Of a stretch of DNA of 64,000 nt, positions 59,200 to 64,000 are shown piece by piece. The stretch comes from an uncultured Rhodohalobacter sp. (lineage in GTDB: Bacteria > Bacteroidota > Rhodothermia > Balneolales > Balneolaceae): contig CAZHUP010000002.1 of assembly GCA_964535495.1 (NCBI GenBank), positions 2,436-66,435 of the forward strand. Direction: 5' to 3'. How positions within the stretch are numbered: the stretch's first letter is position 1; every line of letters starts with the position of its first letter. Below the pieces are notes generated by a model, which was not told where the DNA came from, searched no databases, and was given only the letters and a program-made list of their open reading frames with translations. A program made the position numbers and the translations under genes.

Positions 59200-60723
59200 A
59201 TGCATTACAATGACTGGCTTACAAAAAGAGAAAGATATACTCCGGAGAAAGAAGCGGTTGTCGACGTGCATAATGATCGAAGTTTTACTTATGGTGATCT
59301 GAATCGAAGGGCCAACAACTTAGCATACGTATTACAAAATCAATTCAGCTTAGAGGCTGGTGATCGTGTAGGCGTGATTTCAAAAAACTGCATGGAGATG
59401 ATCGATCTCTACTTTGCATGCGGAAAGCTCGGTTTGATTCTCGTTCCTTATAATTTCCGCCTTCCAGAACCTGCCATTAAAGAGCTTATTGAAGATTGCA
59501 AGCCATCCCTGCTGGTATACTCTCATGAATATGAGGGTGTAGCAGGTGAGCTGAAGAGTCAGGCTGCAGTAAATGAGATTTTATCTTTTGATGATGTAGA
59601 GAACTCAGTTAAAAGTATTGTGGAAGAGAATTATCCTGCACCAAATATACATAGCGCCGAAGCTGATGAAACTGCGATGATTCTGTACACGTCCGGCACT
59701 ACGGGTAAGTCTAAGGGAGCAATGATCTCCTGGAAGCAGATTCACTGGAACTCCATCAATACGGAGGTAAGTCTTGAATTGACATCCGATGACTGTTCCA
59801 TCGTAAACACCCCATTCTATCATACAGGCGGATGGCACGTTCTGTTTACACCGTTGATGCACCATGGGGGAAAAGTGGTTCTGCAGCCCGAGTTCGATCC
59901 AATTGAGTCATTGAAACTGATTGAGCAGGAGAAGGTCACCATTCTGTTTGGAATACCTACCATGCTGAAAATGATGATGGATGAACCCGTTTTCAATCAA
60001 ACCGACTTTTCCTCTGTCAGATATTCTATTTGCGGTGGGGAAGCCTGCCCGATTCCGGTTATTAAAAAATATCAGAAAGTGAATATTCCGATTCGCCAGG
60101 GGTATGGATTAACAGAGGCCGGGCCAAACTGTTACTCACTGCCGGGAGAAGACGCCATCCGGAAAGAGGGCTCGGTAGGTTTTCCGAACTTCCACATCGA
60201 TGTGAAACTGATGGATGATGGACGAGAAGTGGATCAGGGCGAAGTCGGTGAATTGTGGATGAAGGGGCCGCATTTGTTCAGCGGTTACTGGAATAATCCG
60301 GAGGCTACAAACGAGACGCTGCAAGACGGATGGGTAAAAACCGGTGACTTATTTAAAGTAGACGATGAGGGCTACTACTACATTGTAGGCCGAAAAAAGG
60401 AGATGTACATAAGCGGCGGCGAGAATGTGTATCCCGTTCAGGTAGAGAATGTGATTTATGAGCATCCGAAGGTTTCGCAAGTTGCGGTGGTCGGGGTTCC
60501 GGATGAAAGGTGGGGAGAGACGGGATGTGCTTTTGTTGTGCTTCAGGAGAACGCTTCGATGAAATCTGATGAGCTGATCGATTATTGCAGAAAGTATCTG
60601 GCCGGATTTCAATGTCCGGGTCATGTAATCTTTTTGAAAGAACTGCCGCTGGGTCATTCCAATAAAATTCAGAAGAAATCATTGGTTGAGCTCTTTCACC
60701 AGCACAAACCCGAGGCGAAGTGA
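59200..60723 (+). CDS. Acyl-CoA synthetase (AMP-forming, FadD/MenE-like)
   Basis: YTSGTTGKSKG, GYGLTE, KTGD, GRKKEMYISGGENVYP, KIQK. Confidence 0.92.
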   Translation: MHYNDWLTKRERYTPEKEAVVDVHNDRSFTYGDLNRRANNLAYVLQNQFSLEAGDRVGVISKNCMEMIDLYFACGKLGLILVPYNFRLPEPAIKELIEDCKPSLLVYSHEYEGVAGELKSQAAVNEILSFDDVENSVKSIVEENYPAPNIHSAEADETAMILYTSGTTGKSKGAMISWKQIHWNSINTEVSLELTSDDCSIVNTPFYHTGGWHVLFTPLMHHGGKVVLQPEFDPIESLKLIEQEKVTILFGIPTMLKMMMDEPVFNQTDFSSVRYSICGGEACPIPVIKKYQKVNIPIRQGYGLTEAGPNCYSLPGEDAIRKEGSVGFPNFHIDVKLMDDGREVDQGEVGELWMKGPHLFSGYWNNPEATNETLQDGWVKTGDLFKVDDEGYYYIVGRKKEMYISGGENVYPVQVENVIYEHPKVSQVAVVGVPDERWGETGCAFVVLQENASMKSDELIDYCRKYLAGFQCPGHVIFLKELPLGHSNKIQKKSLVELFHQHKPEAK

Positions 60724-61784
60724 ACCAAATCAAACATTTGGATGGAATAAAGTCGCAATTTGTAGATACAGGTCGACTCAGAACGCACTATTTGTCTGCA
60801 GGCAGACCGGAGAAGCCGGCAATTATTTTTCTTCACGGCAATGCGTGTTCATCTACGATCTGGGAAGAGATGATGCTGGCTTTCAGTGATAACTTCTACT
60901 GCCTTGCACCCGACTTGAGAGGGTATGGATTGACGGATCGGTCTGCAAAGATCAACGCTTTGAGAGGGGCGATGGACTGGGTGGATGATCTGGAATCCTT
61001 CATCCGGCAGATGGAAATTTTGCCAATAAATCTTATTGGACACTCACTGGGCGGATGGATCTGCTGGAGCGCAATTCCGCAACTGAAAGAGTTAATTAAG
61101 TCTGTGGTGCTGATTGCACCGGGTCCGCCGTTTGGATTTGGTGGAGTTCAAGACAGGGATGGCAAACCAAATAATCCTGATTTTGCAGGTTCAGGCGCGG
61201 GTGTGGTTAATAAGGAGTTTGCAAAAAATCTGGAGAAGGGTTTGAAGGACGCAGAGAACCCGATGTTTTCTCCACGAGCTGTGATGAACCGACTTTTCTG
61301 GAAGGAGAATTTCACAGCGGAGCGGGAAGAGGCAATATTGCAATCTATGTTGCAGATGCACTACGGAAGGGAGCAGTATCCGGGAGATTACACGGATTCA
61401 AAATTCTGGCCATTTGTAGCTCCCGGAAAATTTGGGCCGGTCAACGCTCTTTCCCCAAAATATAACAGAGATGTAGTATCTGAATTGAGTAGATCGGTGT
61501 ATAAGCCTCCGCTGTTATGGCTGCATGGCGAAGATGACCAAATTATTTCCAATCAATCCCTATCCGATCCGGGATATCAAGGGAAGATCGGTTACAGGGA
61601 TGAGTGGCCCGGTGAAGAAGTGTATCCGCCTCAGCCGATGATTGATCAGATCCGGTTCGCACTCGAAAAATATGGCGGCGTTGTAGAGTCTGAAGTTATT
61701 ACGGGAGTGGGACATTCACCGTTTATTGAAAGCCCGGAGCATGTTTATAGCACCGTAAGGCAATTTTTATTTAAGATGAAATGA
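60720..61784 (+). CDS. Cytoplasmic alpha/beta hydrolase with large lid insertion
   Basis: HGNACSS, DLRGYG, GHSLGG, HGEDD, GVGHSP; no signal peptide. Confidence 0.88.
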   Translation: MNQIKHLDGIKSQFVDTGRLRTHYLSAGRPEKPAIIFLHGNACSSTIWEEMMLAFSDNFYCLAPDLRGYGLTDRSAKINALRGAMDWVDDLESFIRQMEILPINLIGHSLGGWICWSAIPQLKELIKSVVLIAPGPPFGFGGVQDRDGKPNNPDFAGSGAGVVNKEFAKNLEKGLKDAENPMFSPRAVMNRLFWKENFTAEREEAILQSMLQMHYGREQYPGDYTDSKFWPFVAPGKFGPVNALSPKYNRDVVSELSRSVYKPPLLWLHGEDDQIISNQSLSDPGYQGKIGYRDEWPGEEVYPPQPMIDQIRFALEKYGGVVESEVITGVGHSPFIESPEHVYSTVRQFLFKMK

Positions 61785-61790
61785 TTTTTT

Positions 61791-61819
61791 TTGACAAACT
61801 GATGTCGGGCGAATATATT
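61791..61819 (+). promoter_or_regulatory. Sigma70-like promoter for the TonB-dependent receptor
   Basis: TTGACA (61791-61796), 17-nt spacer, TATATT (61814-61819), immediately upstream of operator copy 3. Confidence 0.6.
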
Positions 61820-61829
61820 ATTGCTAACG

Positions 61830-61845
61830 TTTGAAACTTTTCAAA
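61830..61845. promoter_or_regulatory. Palindromic operator, copy 3 (TTTGAAA-CT-TTTCAAA)
   Basis: Identical to copy 2; extends to TAACG-[16 bp]-TGTTA (61825-61850). Confidence 0.82.
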
Positions 61846-61909
61846 TGTTAAATAGGTCGATTCATGAAAATGTGCAGTTAAACAATAACCAAGTTAAATC
61901 GGGATCATT

Positions 61910-64000
61910 ATGAGCCGAATAGTTACAATACTTTTGTTTTTGAGCCTAGCGGCAGGAACAACCATTCAAGCGCAAAATACCGGAAATATTGAGGGGCAGG
62001 TTTTTGAAGCTCAAACTATGGAAGCGCTTGCAGGTGTGAATTTAGTGTTGAGAGGAACCAGTTATGGAACCGCCTCAGATGCTAATGGAAATTACAGAAT
62101 TGCTAATGTGCCGGCGGGCAGCTACACACTTCGAGTCACATTTTTAGGATTTGAAGAGCACACTCAGCCGGTGGAGGTTCGAGCCGGTGAGACACTGAGA
62201 GTGGATGTTGAACTGAGGCAGACAGTGCTTCGCAGTGAGGAGCTGGTGGTAACAGGTTCGAGAAGACCTGAAAAGCTGCTTGATGCGCCCATGTCGATCG
62301 AAACAGTTACTGCTGAGAATCTGGATCAGACGGGCGGCGGTACGTTTTACCAGGCGCTGGCAAATCTGAAGGGAGTTGATTTTGTGGATGTAGGAATTAA
62401 TGCTCAGGGAATTTCAGCCCGTGGCTTTGCAAGCCATTTCAATACAAGACTACTCCAGATGGTTGACGGACGGATGGCTCAGCTGCCCGGTACGGGGTTG
62501 CCACAGGGTAACTTTTTGCCAAACTCAGATCTTGATTTGAAGGGAATTGAGGTTGTGTTGGGCCCGGCCTCGGCACTATACGGCCCGAATGCACATACAG
62601 GTGTGGTGAACGTGCTTACCAAAGATCCTTGGGATGAATCAGGAGTTGGGGTTTCCCTGCGAGGGGGGCAGCAAAGCCTGATGGAGTTTACGTACAGAGT
62701 TGCCGGAACCGTAAATGAAGATTTTGGCTGGAAAGTAACCGGTCAGCATTTACGGGCAGATGATTTTGAACCTCGCCGGGAAGACGGTACCCACTTTTAT
62801 GGAGCAACGACCGTATTTGAAGCGGATGTAATTGATGACTACTCCATCTCATCAGATAAAATTGATGGGGCACTCTACTATCGCTTAGGAGACTGGGAAT
62901 TGAAAGGTGCCGCCGGATGGTCAGAAAACACCAACTTCGGTTTAACCAATAACGGAAGAAACCATATTCGAGACTGGCAGGTGAACTATCAGCAGTTTCA
63001 GATAAGCCATCCTAACTGGTACGCTCAGATTAGCCGAACAGAAAATGATGCCGGTGGTACATATCAGTTAAACCAGGTAGTTCCGGCTGTTCAGGCTCAG
63101 GTTGATGCCGGCGCTTCTCCGGATGATATTAATTATGAAGCCCTGCGCGATGCATTCGGTTTTACCGATAAAGGTCAGGTTGTGGATACCGAAGTTCAGT
63201 ATAGAAATGTGATAGGCGGTGTTGAGTATGTAACCGGTCTGCAGTACAGAAACTATACCCCAAATTCGGAAGGAACCTTTCTGGCTGATGCAGTTGACCG
63301 TGATCTTGATATGGAAGAGTTTGGCGGCTATTTACAGCTGGATTACCGTTTCATGGATGACAGGATGAGAGCCGTAGTAGCGGGTCGATATGATACTCAC
63401 AGTAACTACGAAGATCAGTTCAGTCCAAAAGCTGCACTGGTTTACACCGTAGCACCGGGCCATAACGTGCGCGCTACGTACAACCGGGCATTTAAGAGTC
63501 CGTCTGTGATTGAAAGTTTTATCTACATTCCTATTGACCTGACTGCAGCGTTTCCGGGTTACTATCTGCTGGCTGAGGGTAATATTGATGGATTTGAAAT
63601 CCGAAATCCTGCAGGCGAAACGATCAGAGATATAAAAGCAATGGTGCCTGAAGAGGTAAGTACTGTTGAATTAGGCTACAAAGGAGTTTATGGGAATAAA
63701 CTATTTGTAGATGTAGTGGGGTATTACTCATGGTACACCGATTTTATCAGTCCTTTAACAACCGTAGCGGATGGTTTCGGAGAAATACCATATGATGCGG
63801 ATGGAAACCAGATCATGCTGGATCAGGCAGATTTTACCGGACTCCTTACCTATTTCAACTTTGGTGAAGCTGAAGTGCGGGGCTTAGACTTTGGGTTGAA
63901 TTACTACTTCACAGATGCCATTAATGCATCATTCAGTGTTTCTCTTATTGAGAGAGTTAACTTTGAAAGTGAAAGCGGTGATGAGTTTTTGTTGAATGTT
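61910..64000 (+). CDS. TonB-dependent outer membrane receptor (non-SusC type), 3' end outside the window
   Basis: Not in the ORF track. Manual translation: signal peptide MSRIVTILLFLSLAAGTTIQAQ, carboxypeptidase-regulatory-like domain (GTASDANGNY), TonB box EELVVTGSR, plug ISARGF...QMVDGR...IEVVLGPASALYGPNAHTGVVNVLTK. Confidence 0.92.
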   Translation, partial: MSRIVTILLFLSLAAGTTIQAQNTGNIEGQVFEAQTMEALAGVNLVLRGTSYGTASDANGNYRIANVPAGSYTLRVTFLGFEEHTQPVEVRAGETLRVDVELRQTVLRSEELVVTGSRRPEKLLDAPMSIETVTAENLDQTGGGTFYQALANLKGVDFVDVGINAQGISARGFASHFNTRLLQMVDGRMAQLPGTGLPQGNFLPNSDLDLKGIEVVLGPASALYGPNAHTGVVNVLTKDPWDESGVGVSLRGGQQSLMEFTYRVAGTVNEDFGWKVTGQHLRADDFEPRREDGTHFYGATTVFEADVIDDYSISSDKIDGALYYRLGDWELKGAAGWSENTNFGLTNNGRNHIRDWQVNYQQFQISHPNWYAQISRTENDAGGTYQLNQVVPAVQAQVDAGASPDDINYEALRDAFGFTDKGQVVDTEVQYRNVIGGVEYVTGLQYRNYTPNSEGTFLADAVDRDLDMEEFGGYLQLDYRFMDDRMRAVVAGRYDTHSNYEDQFSPKAALVYTVAPGHNVRATYNRAFKSPSVIESFIYIPIDLTAAFPGYYLLAEGNIDGFEIRNPAGETIRDIKAMVPEEVSTVELGYKGVYGNKLFVDVVGYYSWYTDFISPLTTVADGFGEIPYDADGNQIMLDQADFTGLLTYFNFGEAEVRGLDFGLNYYFTDAINASFSVSLIERVNFESESGDEFLLNV

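Noticed and set aside
1-64000. CRISPR arrays, tRNA/rRNA, IS elements, long tandem repeats
   Set aside because: None seen; intergenic gaps are short and are accounted for by promoters and terminators.

Overview
This is a gene-dense, mostly housekeeping stretch of a bacterial chromosome. Gene content and order (DEDDh-fused dnaE followed by trxA, a split 5'-nucleotidase, A-rich translation starts) suggest Bacteroidota/Balneolota, possibly Balneolaceae-like; this placement is inference. I found no CRISPR array, rRNA/tRNA, prophage or intact IS element. Two CDSs missing from the ORF track run off the window edges: a methylmalonyl-CoA mutase small subunit (<1..1673, minus) and a TonB-dependent receptor (61910..>64000, plus). 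The most notable element is an apparently self-contained uptake/catabolic locus at 54.3-64 kb. It encodes a GbsR/MarR repressor, an exported alpha/beta hydrolase, an NAD-type FabG/PhaB-like SDR, a FabH-like enzyme whose His/Asn catalytic residues are replaced by Thr/Tyr, a Na+:solute symporter, an acyl-CoA ligase, a cytoplasmic alpha/beta hydrolase and the TonB-dependent receptor. Three copies of a 16-bp palindrome (TTTGAAA-N2-TTTCAAA) sit in its three promoter regions. I hypothesise a PUL-like polyester/3-hydroxyacid-oligomer (e.g. PHB) utilisation locus. Other points of interest are a cysteine-less LOV-like PAS-only protein, DnaE with a degenerate PHP domain and fused proofreader, a split ligase/exonuclease repair module, an atypical UDG, and an unannotated 29-aa membrane peptide ORF.
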